DNA of 64,000 nt from Holophagales bacterium (GCA_009837885.1 VXSP01000003.1:9069-73068); one strand, 5' to 3'. Positions 47,411 through 56,490 are shown, counted from the stretch's first letter. Translations and numbers: made by a program. Notes: a model not told the origin generated them from the letters alone.

Positions 47411-49260
47411 GGAACAGACCCTATCCCCACCACGTGGTTCGCAGCCGGATCCTCGTCGCCGTCCAGGGTCAGGCCCAGTCGAAACAGGTCGACGGACCGA
47501 CGCGACCACCACATCCGGTGGCGCGCTACGGATGGGTCGAGGAGCAGACGAATCGAAACTCGTCCTGATGGAAGGAGCCTGCGCTCCTCGACTACGCCGC
47601 CCACGACCTCCAGGGCCGTGTCCTCCCGCTCCACGGAAATCCAGAGCCGTGACCGCCGCACTTCGCCATGCGTTTCCCGGTTGCCGGCCACGCGCGGTTC
47701 CCACGCGACGAGAAACTCCGCCGACCCGCCTTCGATCAGGAGCCCCGACTCGCCGAACGGAGTGACCCTGCCCGCGACGGGTCGCAGCCACACGTCACCG
47801 GCGAACAGGTCCGCCGGTTCTCCGGCTCGCGGACGTTGGCCGGTCTCGGCCGGCAGGAAGCGCTGAAAGGCACCCTCGGGCAAAGGCTGTGGCCCGTACG
47901 CCGCGCCGGGCCGCAGCCAGAGCGGGTACAGGAAGAGCGCCGAGGATGCCGCCACCGCGGCAAGCCGTGCCGGGCCGAGCCGGCCGGCGAGGAACCAGAA
48001 CATCGGCAGCACGGCGCCGATGCCGCCGGGGCCGACGAGCGCCGACTCGTCGCCGAGGTCGAACGGGAAGAAGACGACGCGCGCGGCGACCGACGCGAAC
48101 GCGCCAAGCAGGACAACCCGTCGCCAACCGCCAGCGAGCACGCCACAGAGCGCCGCCCACACCAGGGGCGCGCAGTACGGCGCGATCCCGATCGTTCGGC
48201 CGGCGGTCGCATGGAGCAGGGTCCGCGGCTCGATGCCGGCGGCGGCCCGGAGGTCCGGTTCGCGGCGGACCGGTGCGGCGCGGGCGGCGGCTTCGACCTC
48301 CGGGCGCCACTCGGCCGGCTCGAAGTCGACGGCCGGGAAACCGGTCGAGGGACTGAAGACGGCCCGCTCCACCGGACCCGCACCGCCACGGGCCAGCGCC
48401 GACGTCGCGAACGCTGCGCCTGCGGTGACCGTGGCCGTGAGCGCGAGGGCGAGAAGGACGACCCCACGGCGCGGTTGAAGCAGCGCCAGCCAGACCGCCA
48501 CGGCCAGGGCCGGCAACAGGCTCCAACCGTCGACCGAAGCGACGGTGGCCAGAGCAAGCAGGAAGCCGACGAGAGACCAGCGAATCGCCTCGCCTCGAAG
48601 CGGTCGCCGGCCTTGCGTCCGGCGCGGATTGTCCGCCGCCTGCGGCGACAGCCGGCGGCGACGCCGGCGCAACCAGTGGGGAGCGCCCCGCGAAGGGTGG
48701 CGCTCCCCGTCCGCGGCAGGCATCACGTGAAGGACGAGCACCCATGCCAGAGCCGACACCGCGAGGCGGAACGTCCCCGGCGACGGCAACGGCAACAGCG
48801 TGAAGACCGTCGTGCCAGCGACGAACACGGCGATCCAGGCCGGCGCCCAGGGACCGACGCGACGCTCGAGCACCAGGGCCGAGGCGGCCGCCGCAACCGC
48901 CAGCAGCAGCCAGTTCAGCAACGCCGGCCCCCGCCGGGGCGAGACGCGGACGAAGGGCGCCGCCAGCACCGCATAAACCGGCGGCCGCGCGAAACCGATC
49001 CGGGCGCCGCCAGTGCTGCTTTCCAGGGCGACCGCCTCAGGCTCTGCCCCGAAGAGCTGGACGTAGCGGTCGTAGTCCGCGCGACCGTAGGCCAGGTCGC
49101 CATCCCAGGCCAGGCTCAGCGCCGCCATCCGGAACGTGGTTTCGCGCTCCCCGGCAACGACGGCATCCGACCGCATCGTCGCCGCGAACAGGGCGAGCAG
49201 CATCCCGGCGAGCAGGATCCAGGGCCACCGCCGCGCGACCGTGCCGTGGCTGGAGTTCAC
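47407..49260 (-). CDS. polytopic membrane protein, possible GT-C-fold glycosyltransferase, with soluble C-terminal domain
   Basis: At least 10 hydrophobic helices. The first loop carries WDGDLAYGRADYDRY (an acidic motif as in GT-C enzymes). GTG 49260 is in a GTGA overlap with the upstream stop. The track ORF start 49455 was rejected. Confidence 0.6.
   Translation of the reverse strand: MNSSHGTVARRWPWILLAGMLLALFAATMRSDAVVAGERETTFRMAALSLAWDGDLAYGRADYDRYVQLFGAEPEAVALESSTGGARIGFARPPVYAVLAAPFVRVSPRRGPALLNWLLLAVAAAASALVLERRVGPWAPAWIAVFVAGTTVFTLLPLPSPGTFRLAVSALAWVLVLHVMPAADGERHPSRGAPHWLRRRRRRLSPQAADNPRRTQGRRPLRGEAIRWSLVGFLLALATVASVDGWSLLPALAVAVWLALLQPRRGVVLLALALTATVTAGAAFATSALARGGAGPVERAVFSPSTGFPAVDFEPAEWRPEVEAAARAAPVRREPDLRAAAGIEPRTLLHATAGRTIGIAPYCAPLVWAALCGVLAGGWRRVVLLGAFASVAARVVFFPFDLGDESALVGPGGIGAVLPMFWFLAGRLGPARLAAVAASSALFLYPLWLRPGAAYGPQPLPEGAFQRFLPAETGQRPRAGEPADLFAGDVWLRPVAGRVTPFGESGLLIEGGSAEFLVAWEPRVAGNRETHGEVRRSRLWISVEREDTALEVVGGVVEERRLLPSGRVSIRLLLDPSVARHRMWWSRRSVDLFRLGLTLDGDEDPAANHVVGIGSVP
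48651..48680 (+). repeat. hairpin-tail repeat, copy d (degenerate, inside a CDS)
   Basis: GCCGGCG-GCGA-CGCCGGC-GCAACCAGTGGG, followed by a second perfect hairpin GGGGAGCGCC-N11-GGCGCTCCCC (48678-48708). It encodes the Arg-rich loop PHWLRRRRRRLS on the minus strand. Confidence 0.6.
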
Positions 49261-50909
49261 AGTTCGCGGTCGAGAGCCACAGCACCGCAGAGCGTCATCG
49301 AACCGCCGCCGAAGAGGTGCGGCTCGAACCGCAGCCGCGCCCGGCCGATCGGTCGCCGGATCTTGAGGGGGATCCGGCACGCGTCGCCCGGCGGCAGGTC
49401 CCGCGGCAGCGGAATCCACGGTCTGCCCCGAAACAGGTCCCGGCCACCGCTCCATAGCTGGGGCTCCAGCACCACGCCGCCGTCCTGGTTCCGACCCGAG
49501 AGCCAGGTGGCGAAGCCCGTGTTCGCGACGACGAGTTCGATCGAACGGCGCTCGCCATCCGGCCAGGGCGGGTCACAGCCTTCGACGTCGATCCGTCCCG
49601 GCAGCCACCCCCAGGTCAGCGAGGTGGGGGCCGGAGGGCGCGGCGGCCGTGGCGCCGGCGGCTTCGCGGCCGGCAGGCGCGACCACTCGTCCAGGGCCTC
49701 GAAGACCGCCCGCGCCGCCGACGCCGGCTGATGCTCGCGCTCGATGAAGGCTCGCGCCGCCGCGCCCATCCCGGCCAGCCGGTCCGGCGCGGCGAGAAGA
49801 TCCCGCAGCAGGCCCGCGAGTGCGCCGGCCTCCGCGCCCGGGTCGTCCTTGAGCGGGGCCTTGATCACGATGTCGTCCGGCAGTTCAACGAACTGGGCGT
49901 AGTCGGAGACCACCGCGGCCCGGCCCAGGGCAAGGATGCGCAGCAGCGAGGCCGAGGTTTCGCCCGCGCTCGGGTAGCGCAGGTTGAGGCACAGGTCGCA
50001 GGCGGAGATGGCGGTCGGGAAGGCGGCCGGCTCGAGAAAGCCTGTCATGGTGACCCGGTCCTGTACCCCCAGTTCTCGTGCCAGAGCGCCGAGATCGAGC
50101 TCCTGCGCGACGTCTCCTACGATCAGCGCATACACCTGCTCCATCCCCGGCTCGGCGAGAATGCGCAGCAGCACGTCGGTCCGCTTGATCGGAGTCTGGA
50201 AGCCGAAGGAGCCGATCAGCACGGCCGACCGGGGAACGCCGGCTCGCCGCCGAAAGATAGCTGCCTGCTCGGGCTCGGGCAGAGCGGGCGCCGGCATCGG
50301 CATCGGTACGCGACGCATCGGCGGCAGCCGGCCCTCGGCCCGCAGTCCCAACTCCCTCTCCTGGCCAAGCTCCTCCTCCAGGAAACGGAGACCCCAGTTG
50401 CTGTGGATCAGGAGGCCGCGCTGCCGGAGCAGCAACGACCGGTGCGCCGGCATCTCGAACAGCCGCGCCCGGCCGTGGCCGCCCCAACGGATCGACAGCG
50501 CCGCGGCGGCGCCCTCCCAGCCGTGCTCATCACCGAGGCCGCTGACGTAGGAGTCGAGATCGCCGGAGGCCAGGGTCGACTCGACCAGCAGGTGGTGCAG
50601 GCGCAGGTCGTGCACGGTCACGACTCCCGGAGACTCCAGAGCCAACCGGCGGACACCCTCGTGGTAGACGTTGTTGCCCATCTGGTAGAAGGGCAGCCGG
50701 CGGGCCGGGTCGACCCCCCCGGCATCGATCACCTCGTAGCGGTCCAGAACCTCGGAAGCGACCTCCTGCCCCGGCAGGCGAACCAGGCGCAGGTCGCACA
50801 GGGGTGCGAGTTCCTCGAGCAGGTCGACGCTGTAGTCCGCGATCCCCGACCTGACCGGAGGCAGCGGCGACACGAAGTCGACCGCCAGAGCGCTACGTCT
50901 GGCCGCCAT
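49257..50909 (-). CDS. GT4-family (GT-B) glycosyltransferase with Pro-rich linker and extra C-terminal beta domain
   Basis: MAARRSALAVDFVSPLPPVRSGIADYS is a typical GT4 N-terminus. The EX7E-like region is ...PSAGETSASLLRILALG. Then KPPAPRPPRPPAPTS and about 120 aa more. ATG 50909 overlaps the prfB 3' end by 17 nt. Confidence 0.8.
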   Translation of the reverse strand: MAARRSALAVDFVSPLPPVRSGIADYSVDLLEELAPLCDLRLVRLPGQEVASEVLDRYEVIDAGGVDPARRLPFYQMGNNVYHEGVRRLALESPGVVTVHDLRLHHLLVESTLASGDLDSYVSGLGDEHGWEGAAAALSIRWGGHGRARLFEMPAHRSLLLRQRGLLIHSNWGLRFLEEELGQERELGLRAEGRLPPMRRVPMPMPAPALPEPEQAAIFRRRAGVPRSAVLIGSFGFQTPIKRTDVLLRILAEPGMEQVYALIVGDVAQELDLGALARELGVQDRVTMTGFLEPAAFPTAISACDLCLNLRYPSAGETSASLLRILALGRAAVVSDYAQFVELPDDIVIKAPLKDDPGAEAGALAGLLRDLLAAPDRLAGMGAAARAFIEREHQPASAARAVFEALDEWSRLPAAKPPAPRPPRPPAPTSLTWGWLPGRIDVEGCDPPWPDGERRSIELVVANTGFATWLSGRNQDGGVVLEPQLWSGGRDLFRGRPWIPLPRDLPPGDACRIPLKIRRPIGRARLRFEPHLFGGGSMTLCGAVALDREL

Positions 50910-52018
50910 CGGAAGCTTCGAGCTGCTGGCCCAACCAGGCGTCGATGAAGGGATCGAGGTCGCCGTCGAGCACCTTCTCGACCGCCGACACCTCAAGCCT
51001 GGTCCGGTGATCCTTGACCATGCGGTACGGGTGCAGCACGTAGCTTCGGATCTGGGACCCGAAGCCGATCTCCATCTTCTGACCCTCGCGCTCCGCCTGC
51101 TCCTCGCGCCGCTTCTGCACTTCCCTGTCGTAGAGCCGCGCCTTCAGGATCTTCATCGCCATCGACCGGTTCTTGATCTGGCTGCGCTCGTTCTGGCAAC
51201 TGACCACGATGCCGGTGGGCATGTGCGTGATCCGCACCGCGGAGTCCGTCACGTTCACGTGCTGACCGCCGGCCCCGGACGAACGGAAGGTGTCGATCCG
51301 GATGTCCCTGTCCTCGACCTCGATGTCGATGTCGTCCTCGACCTCGGGGTACGCGTAGACGGAAGCGAACGAGGTGTGGCGCCGCTTGGCCGCGTCGAAG
51401 GGCGAGATCCGCACCAGCCGATGGACTCCGCTTTCCCCTCGCAAACGGCCGAAGGCGTACTCGCCCCGAACCGCCACGGTCGCGCTCTTGAGCCCCGCTT
51501 CTTCTCCGTCGAGCCGTTCCAGCAGCGTCACGTCGAAGCCGCTCTGCTCGGCCCATCGCAGGTACATCCGCAGGAGGATCTCCGCCCAGTCCTGGGAGTC
51601 CGTTCCTCCCTCCCCGGGATGAATCGCGAGCAGGGCGCTGCGGTCGTCGTCCTCCCCCGAGAGCTTGAGTTCCAGATCGAGCGCCGCCGACTCGCGCCCG
51701 ACCCGATCGATGAAGGAACCGAGCTCGGCGTCGTCCTCGGTCCCCAGGGCATCCTCGGCCAGCAGTTCGAGCCAGGCATCGATCTCATCCCGGTCGGCGT
51801 TCAACCGTTCCAGGGTCGTTCGCCGGCGTTCGAGGGCGCGGCGACGCCGCAGCAGCGGAGCGCTCTTCCTCGGCTCGTCCCAGAAGCCGGGCTGCTGCAT
51901 CTCGTGATCGAGAGCCGCTAGCTGTTCCTCGACCTCCGCCGGGTCAAAGATACCTCCGCAGGCCGTCCAGACGGATCCTCAGATCGGAGAGCGAGCGGTT
52001 CGCGTCGGCCGCAATCAT
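50893..52018 (-). CDS. prfB: peptide chain release factor 2 (programmed +1 frameshift)
   Basis: Frame 0: ATG 52018, MIAADANRSLSDLRIRLDGLRRYL, then TGA at 51946-51944. The +1 frame continues DPAEVEEQLAALDHEMQQPGFWD... to the stop at 50893. SPF and GGQ motifs are present (RSSGAGGQHVN). Confidence 0.95.
51944..51958 (-). promoter_or_regulatory. prfB +1 frameshift site with SD-like stimulator
   Basis: Minus strand reads CGG AGG TAT CTT TGA C. GGAGG lies 3 nt upstream of the CTT slippery codon, followed by an in-frame UGA-C. Confidence 0.9.
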
Positions 52019-53451
52019 CGGCGCAGTATGGCAAAGCCGGCAAGGGCCACGCAAAGCAGAGGCACGAGCAGGGGCGCGCGGGAGAACAGGGTCATCCTGT
52101 CGAGCGGAAAAACCGGTGTGTCCAGGCCGTAGACCTCATCGATCGGCGCGATCATCTCGATCTCGCCCCGATGGTTGATCACCGCCGAGATGCCCGTAAT
52201 CGCCGCGCGGATCAGGGGCCGGCTGTTCTCGGCCGCCCGGAAACGGGCCGGGCGCAGGTGCTGGTAAGGCGCCCAGGTACGGCCGTACCAGGAGTCGTTC
52301 GTCATCGTGACCAGCACGGAGGCTCCCCGACGCACGCGCGCCGCGACCTGCGCCGGAAAGACGATTTCGAAGCAGATCGAGACGCCGAGCCGGACATCGC
52401 CGTGGTCAAGCAGACGGACTTCGTTGCCCGGTGAGTAGCTGCCCGTGTTCCGTGCAAGCTGGCGCAACCGTGGCAGAAGACGGCCAAGCGGCACGTACTC
52501 GCCAAACGGCACGAGGTGCATCTTGTCGTAGATCTGGCGGTCGGCGGCGCCCTCTGAGGGGGTCAGCAGGTAGGCGGAGTTGTAGGCGCCCTCTTCGTCG
52601 CCGGATTCGAAGCGGCGGGTGCTGTTGAAGAGAAGCGAGCACCCGCCGGCAACGAGGTCTTCGACATCTCGGGCGAATGCGACGTCACGCTCCAGTTCGT
52701 AAGGCCAGCCCGCGCTCTCAGGCCAGACGACCAGGGTGTCGGGCTCACAGCTCAGCCTGCTGAAGGCGAAGAGCGACTGGTAGTTGGTCTGAATGCGGGT
52801 AAGCCGCACGCCCGCGGACTCCTGCTGCATCTCGACCGTCTCCATGTGGATGTTCGGCTGCTGCAGCCGCACCTCCAACGCGGAGGCCGCGCGCTGCGGC
52901 CACTCGGGGTTCGTCCACCGCGCTACCCCCAGGAGCGCAACAACAACAGCAACCGCGACAGCCGCGAACCGCCGGGTCTTTGCGTCGGCAAACCCAAGCA
53001 GAGCGAGACCGAAGACCACGACGAGGCCGGAAAGACCGTGGCTGCCAACCCAGCGCGTGACGTCCAGCGCTCCCGGAACATCGACCCAAGCGTAGCCCAG
53101 CAGGTTCCAGGGGAAACCGAACGGCCCGAGCCCGCGCACCCACTCCAGACTGACCCAGACGGCCGGCACGAGTACCAGGGAGAGGACATCGCGCCGGGCT
53201 AGAGCGGGACCGGCAAGCCAACAGAACACACCGTGATAGAGGCCCAGGTAGAGGGCCAGGACGGTCAGAAGGGAAGCCGATGCCACGCTCGGCAGGCCGC
53301 CATAGAGGGTGAGCGTGCTCGCGATCCACGGCACCGCGACCAGCCAAGCCACCGTGCCGTGAAGCCAGCCAAGCCAAAGACGGCGGCCTGGTCCGGGCGC
53401 CGTCGCCGTGATCAGGAGAAGCGGCACTATCGCCGCGACCGGAACCAGCAA
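52015..53451 (-). CDS. lnt: apolipoprotein N-acyltransferase (coordinates to the first canonical start; the true N-terminus probably extends to ~53589)
   Basis: Polytopic N-terminus plus a CN-hydrolase domain (E...K...C pattern; VSICFEIVFP). The stop is in an ATGA overlap with prfB. See the finding on the start codon. Confidence 0.85.
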   Translation of the reverse strand: MLVPVAAIVPLLLITATAPGPGRRLWLGWLHGTVAWLVAVPWIASTLTLYGGLPSVASASLLTVLALYLGLYHGVFCWLAGPALARRDVLSLVLVPAVWVSLEWVRGLGPFGFPWNLLGYAWVDVPGALDVTRWVGSHGLSGLVVVFGLALLGFADAKTRRFAAVAVAVVVALLGVARWTNPEWPQRAASALEVRLQQPNIHMETVEMQQESAGVRLTRIQTNYQSLFAFSRLSCEPDTLVVWPESAGWPYELERDVAFARDVEDLVAGGCSLLFNSTRRFESGDEEGAYNSAYLLTPSEGAADRQIYDKMHLVPFGEYVPLGRLLPRLRQLARNTGSYSPGNEVRLLDHGDVRLGVSICFEIVFPAQVAARVRRGASVLVTMTNDSWYGRTWAPYQHLRPARFRAAENSRPLIRAAITGISAVINHRGEIEMIAPIDEVYGLDTPVFPLDRMTLFSRAPLLVPLLCVALAGFAILRR

Positions 53452-53585
53452 ACCGGGGCGCTCGTCGAAGCAGAATGCCCACCAGACTCCACCGCCCGCG
53501 CTCAGGGCGAGCTGGAACCAGAGCGACCGGAGCGGCGACGCCCGGCCGTCCCGCGGAACCCCCCGCGGTTCGACCGCGTCGCTGT

Positions 53586-54125
53586 TCAGTTGTTCGGGGT
53601 GATCCAGGTCTCGAGTCCGTACTGCTTGGCGAGTTGCTCCGCCGCGGCCGCGGCCGCGGCCTGGTCGTCGAACGGCCCCACCCGTACCCGCTGCATCACC
53701 TGACCGTCCAGCGTCTGCGGCGACACGAACGCGCTGTGGCCGTCCGCCCGCAGCTTCTGCTCCACCGAAGCCGCCTGTTCGACGTCCGCGCTCGAGAAGA
53801 CCTGGACGACCAGGGCGGTTCCCACAGCCTGACTCGGAGCGTCGGCGGCGCCGGCGCCTTCATCGTCGGCCGCTCCGAAGAACCGGACGACCTCGGCCGG
53901 CTCCGTTTCCGCGGCAACGGCAGGCGGTTCCGGCGGCGGCAGAGCCGGCTCGGAGACGACCGGTTCCTCCTCCTGCACTTCGGCGAGGTCCGTGGCGTTC
54001 GACTGACCCCACCACGTTCCCGCGGCGAACGCGCCCACGATTGCCAGGACCAGAAGTGCTACGAACGCCGCGATCTGGGTGTTACTGAGGGTGACCTCAT
54101 ACGGTTCGTAGGCTTCGCGTCTCAC
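53586..54125 (-). CDS. SPOR domain-containing membrane-anchored protein
   Basis: N-terminal TM ([19 protein letters not shown]). C-terminal [29 protein letters not shown]...[20 protein letters not shown] is a SPOR fold pattern. GTG is in a GTGA overlap. Confidence 0.8.
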   Translation of the reverse strand: MRREAYEPYEVTLSNTQIAAFVALLVLAIVGAFAAGTWWGQSNATDLAEVQEEEPVVSEPALPPPEPPAVAAETEPAEVVRFFGAADDEGAGAADAPSQAVGTALVVQVFSSADVEQAASVEQKLRADGHSAFVSPQTLDGQVMQRVRVGPFDDQAAAAAAAEQLAKQYGLETWITPNN

Positions 54126-54901
54126 TCTTTGGGTTCTTGCGGCGGTCCGCCCAGGAAGGAGCCGAAGGCCCTCAGCAGCTCGAGCGGCAACGGGAAGAGA
54201 ATGGTCGAGTTCCGCTCCGTCGCGATGTCCGAAAGAGTCTGCAGGTAGCGCAGCTGGAGCGTCACCGGATTTGCGCTGATCGCGTTGGCCGCCTGGGCGA
54301 GGGACTCGGAGGCCTGAAGCTCACCACTCGCGTGAATCACCTTGGCGCGCTTCTCACGCTCCGCCTCTGCCTGCTTGGCCATCGCGCGCTGCATTTCCTG
54401 CGGCAGGTCGACGTGCTTGACCTCGACCATGGAGACCTTGATGCCCCAAGGGTCGGTCTGCTGGTCGATCACCGTCTGGAGCTGGTCGTTCAAAGTCTCC
54501 CGCTCGCTCAGCAACTGATCGAGCTCGGTCTGGCCAAGGATCGAGCGCAGCGTGGTCTGCGCCAACTGACTCGTCGCGAACAGGAAGTTCTCGACTTCCA
54601 CGATCGCCTTGGTCGGTTCGAGCACTCGGAAGTAGACGACCGCGTTCACCTTCACGGAGACGTTGTCCTTGGTGATGATGTCCTGGGGCGGCACGTCGAG
54701 CACCACCGTGCGAAGCGAGACCTTGACCATGCGGTCGATCGGCCAGAGGATGAGCACCAGGCCGGGGCCCTTGGGCTTTTCCAGGATCCGGCCCAGCCGA
54801 AACACGACGGCGCGCTCGTACTCGGCCATGATGTTGATCCACCGGGTGAGCAGGAAGAGGCCCGCCACGACGAGGAAGCCAATGAACGGAAGGGTGGTCA
54901 T
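54122..54901 (-). CDS. SPFH/band 7 stomatin-like protein
   Basis: [12 protein letters not shown]..., [35 protein letters not shown]. Confidence 0.95.
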   Translation of the reverse strand: MTTLPFIGFLVVAGLFLLTRWINIMAEYERAVVFRLGRILEKPKGPGLVLILWPIDRMVKVSLRTVVLDVPPQDIITKDNVSVKVNAVVYFRVLEPTKAIVEVENFLFATSQLAQTTLRSILGQTELDQLLSERETLNDQLQTVIDQQTDPWGIKVSMVEVKHVDLPQEMQRAMAKQAEAEREKRAKVIHASGELQASESLAQAANAISANPVTLQLRYLQTLSDIATERNSTILFPLPLELLRAFGSFLGGPPQEPKE

Positions 54902-54929
54902 ACGGATTCAGGTCCTTTCAAGAGTGTGA

Positions 54930-56378
54930 TCAGGTGTCCCCGACCGGTTCGACGCGCAGGGTCATCCCGTCCACCTGGACGACCCGAACGCGGTCGCCCT
55001 CGGCGACCGCCACATCCGCTTCCGCGTTCCAGATCTCGCCGTGCAGCCGGACCTTGCCCGGCGCGCCGACGGCGATGCCGCTGCTCACCGAAGCCAGTTC
55101 GTTGAGCAGACCCTCGCTGCCGGTCGCCACCCGCCTGAACTGCGCCTTGAGCGCCAGACGGCCCAGGGCGAGCGTCACGAGCCCGATCGTGATGCCGATC
55201 GCGACGATCAGGTTCAGGCTCGCCCGCAGCGCCGGATCGGCGTCCCGGAACAGCATCATCGCCCCGAGGCAGAACGAGATCGCACCGGCGAGGGTCAGCA
55301 TGCCGAAGCTCGGGATCTTGATCTCCAGCACCCAGAGGACGCCGGCCAGCAGGAGCAGCGCAAGTCCGGCATAGTTGATCGGCAGCACGGACATCGCCCA
55401 GAGTCCCAGGATCAGGCAGATGGCGCCGACCACGCCGGGGAAGATCGCGCCCGGGTGGGTGATCTCGAAGATGAGGCCGATCGAGCCCAGGGACATCAGC
55501 AGGATCGCGATGTTCGGGTGCGCGATGGTCGAACGGATCCGCTGGAAGGCGGACATCTCGATCCGGCGAACCGAGGCGTCGCGGGTCCTGAGCGTCCTCT
55601 CGGCGCCGCCCTTCTCGACGACGCGGCCGTCGAGGTCGACGAGCAGTGACTGCAGGCTCGGGGCGACCAGATCGACGAGGCCGGCTTCCAGCGCCTCCTC
55701 GGCCGAGAACGATCTGCTCTCCGTGACCGCCTCCTCGGCGAGCTTTTGGTCGCGGCCGCGGCGGGCCGCGAGCGAACGGGCGGTCGCCGCCGCGTCCTGG
55801 GTCACCTTGTCGCCCATCGCGCCCGGAATGTCGCCGCCGCCGCCGGCCACGGGATGGGCGGCGCCCGTGTTCGTGCCGGGCGCCATCGCGGCAACGTCGG
55901 CGCCAAGCAGGATGAAGAAACCGGCCGACGCCGCCTGGGCGCCGCTCGGCGAGACGTACACGACGACCGGCGTGTCGGCCTCCAGAAACGCCGTGAAGAC
56001 GGCTCGCATCGCCTGCATCTCGCCGCCCGGCGTCGAAAGCTCCACGACCAGCGCCTCGGCGCCGGCCAGATCCGCCTCCTCCGTCACCTGCTCCATGAAC
56101 TCGGCCACGACGACCTGGATCGCCGAGTCGATCTGCGCCACGATGACCTCCGGCCCGGCCTCCGCTTCGAGGTCGGATGCGTTGGCCGCGTCCTCGTCTG
56201 CTGGCTCTGCGGCCTCCGAGTCCGTCCCGCCTTCCGGGTCGACAGAACCTGCCGGTCCGACGGACACGCCCTCCTCTCCTTCCGGCGCCGGTCCGGCTGC
56301 GAGCAGCGCCAGCGGGAGAAGGATCAGGACGAAGGCAAGGATCAGCCGCGCCGAACCTGCCAGTTTCGGAGCGTTCAT
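54930..56378 (-). CDS. nfeD: NfeD-family membrane-bound ClpP-class serine protease
   Basis: ELSTPGGEMQAM, SAGFFILLGADVAAMAPGTNTGAAHPV, several TM helices, and a C-terminal OB-like NfeD domain. Classical pairing with the downstream stomatin. Confidence 0.9.
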   Translation of the reverse strand: MNAPKLAGSARLILAFVLILLPLALLAAGPAPEGEEGVSVGPAGSVDPEGGTDSEAAEPADEDAANASDLEAEAGPEVIVAQIDSAIQVVVAEFMEQVTEEADLAGAEALVVELSTPGGEMQAMRAVFTAFLEADTPVVVYVSPSGAQAASAGFFILLGADVAAMAPGTNTGAAHPVAGGGGDIPGAMGDKVTQDAAATARSLAARRGRDQKLAEEAVTESRSFSAEEALEAGLVDLVAPSLQSLLVDLDGRVVEKGGAERTLRTRDASVRRIEMSAFQRIRSTIAHPNIAILLMSLGSIGLIFEITHPGAIFPGVVGAICLILGLWAMSVLPINYAGLALLLLAGVLWVLEIKIPSFGMLTLAGAISFCLGAMMLFRDADPALRASLNLIVAIGITIGLVTLALGRLALKAQFRRVATGSEGLLNELASVSSGIAVGAPGKVRLHGEIWNAEADVAVAEGDRVRVVQVDGMTLRVEPVGDT

Positions 56379-56413
56379 CGCCGACAGTCTACTTGACCGC
56401 CGGCGGCTGGAAA

Positions 56414-56490
56414 TGGTCGGGGCGAGAGGATTTGAACCTCCGGCCTCACGGTCCCGAACCGTGCGCTCTACCAGGCTGAGCTACGCCCCG
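56414..56490 (-). tRNA. tRNA-Pro (anticodon CGG)
   Basis: Minus strand CGGGGCGTAGCTCAGCCTGGTAGAGCGCACGGTTCGGGACCGTGAGGCCGGAGGTTCAAATCCTCTCGCCCCGACCA. It folds as a cloverleaf with anticodon loop TTCGGGA, a T-loop TTCAAAT and an encoded CCA. Confidence 0.95.

Noticed and set aside
49261-49455. Upstream extension of the polytopic membrane protein ORF
   Set aside because: It overlaps the GT4 gene's C-terminal domain. The GTG at 49260 sits in a GTGA overlap, gives a sensible N-terminus directly before the first TM helix, and matches the coupling style of its neighbours.
47668-49731. 687-aa ORF antisense to the membrane protein and GT4 genes
   Set aside because: It is extremely Arg/Pro/Gly-rich. 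The sense frames show TM helices and GT4 motifs.
56414-56490. tRNA-Pro as an integration hotspot for a genomic island
   Set aside because: Flanking genes (nfeD and rodZ) are core-type. No integrase and no direct repeat of the tRNA 3' end is visible nearby.
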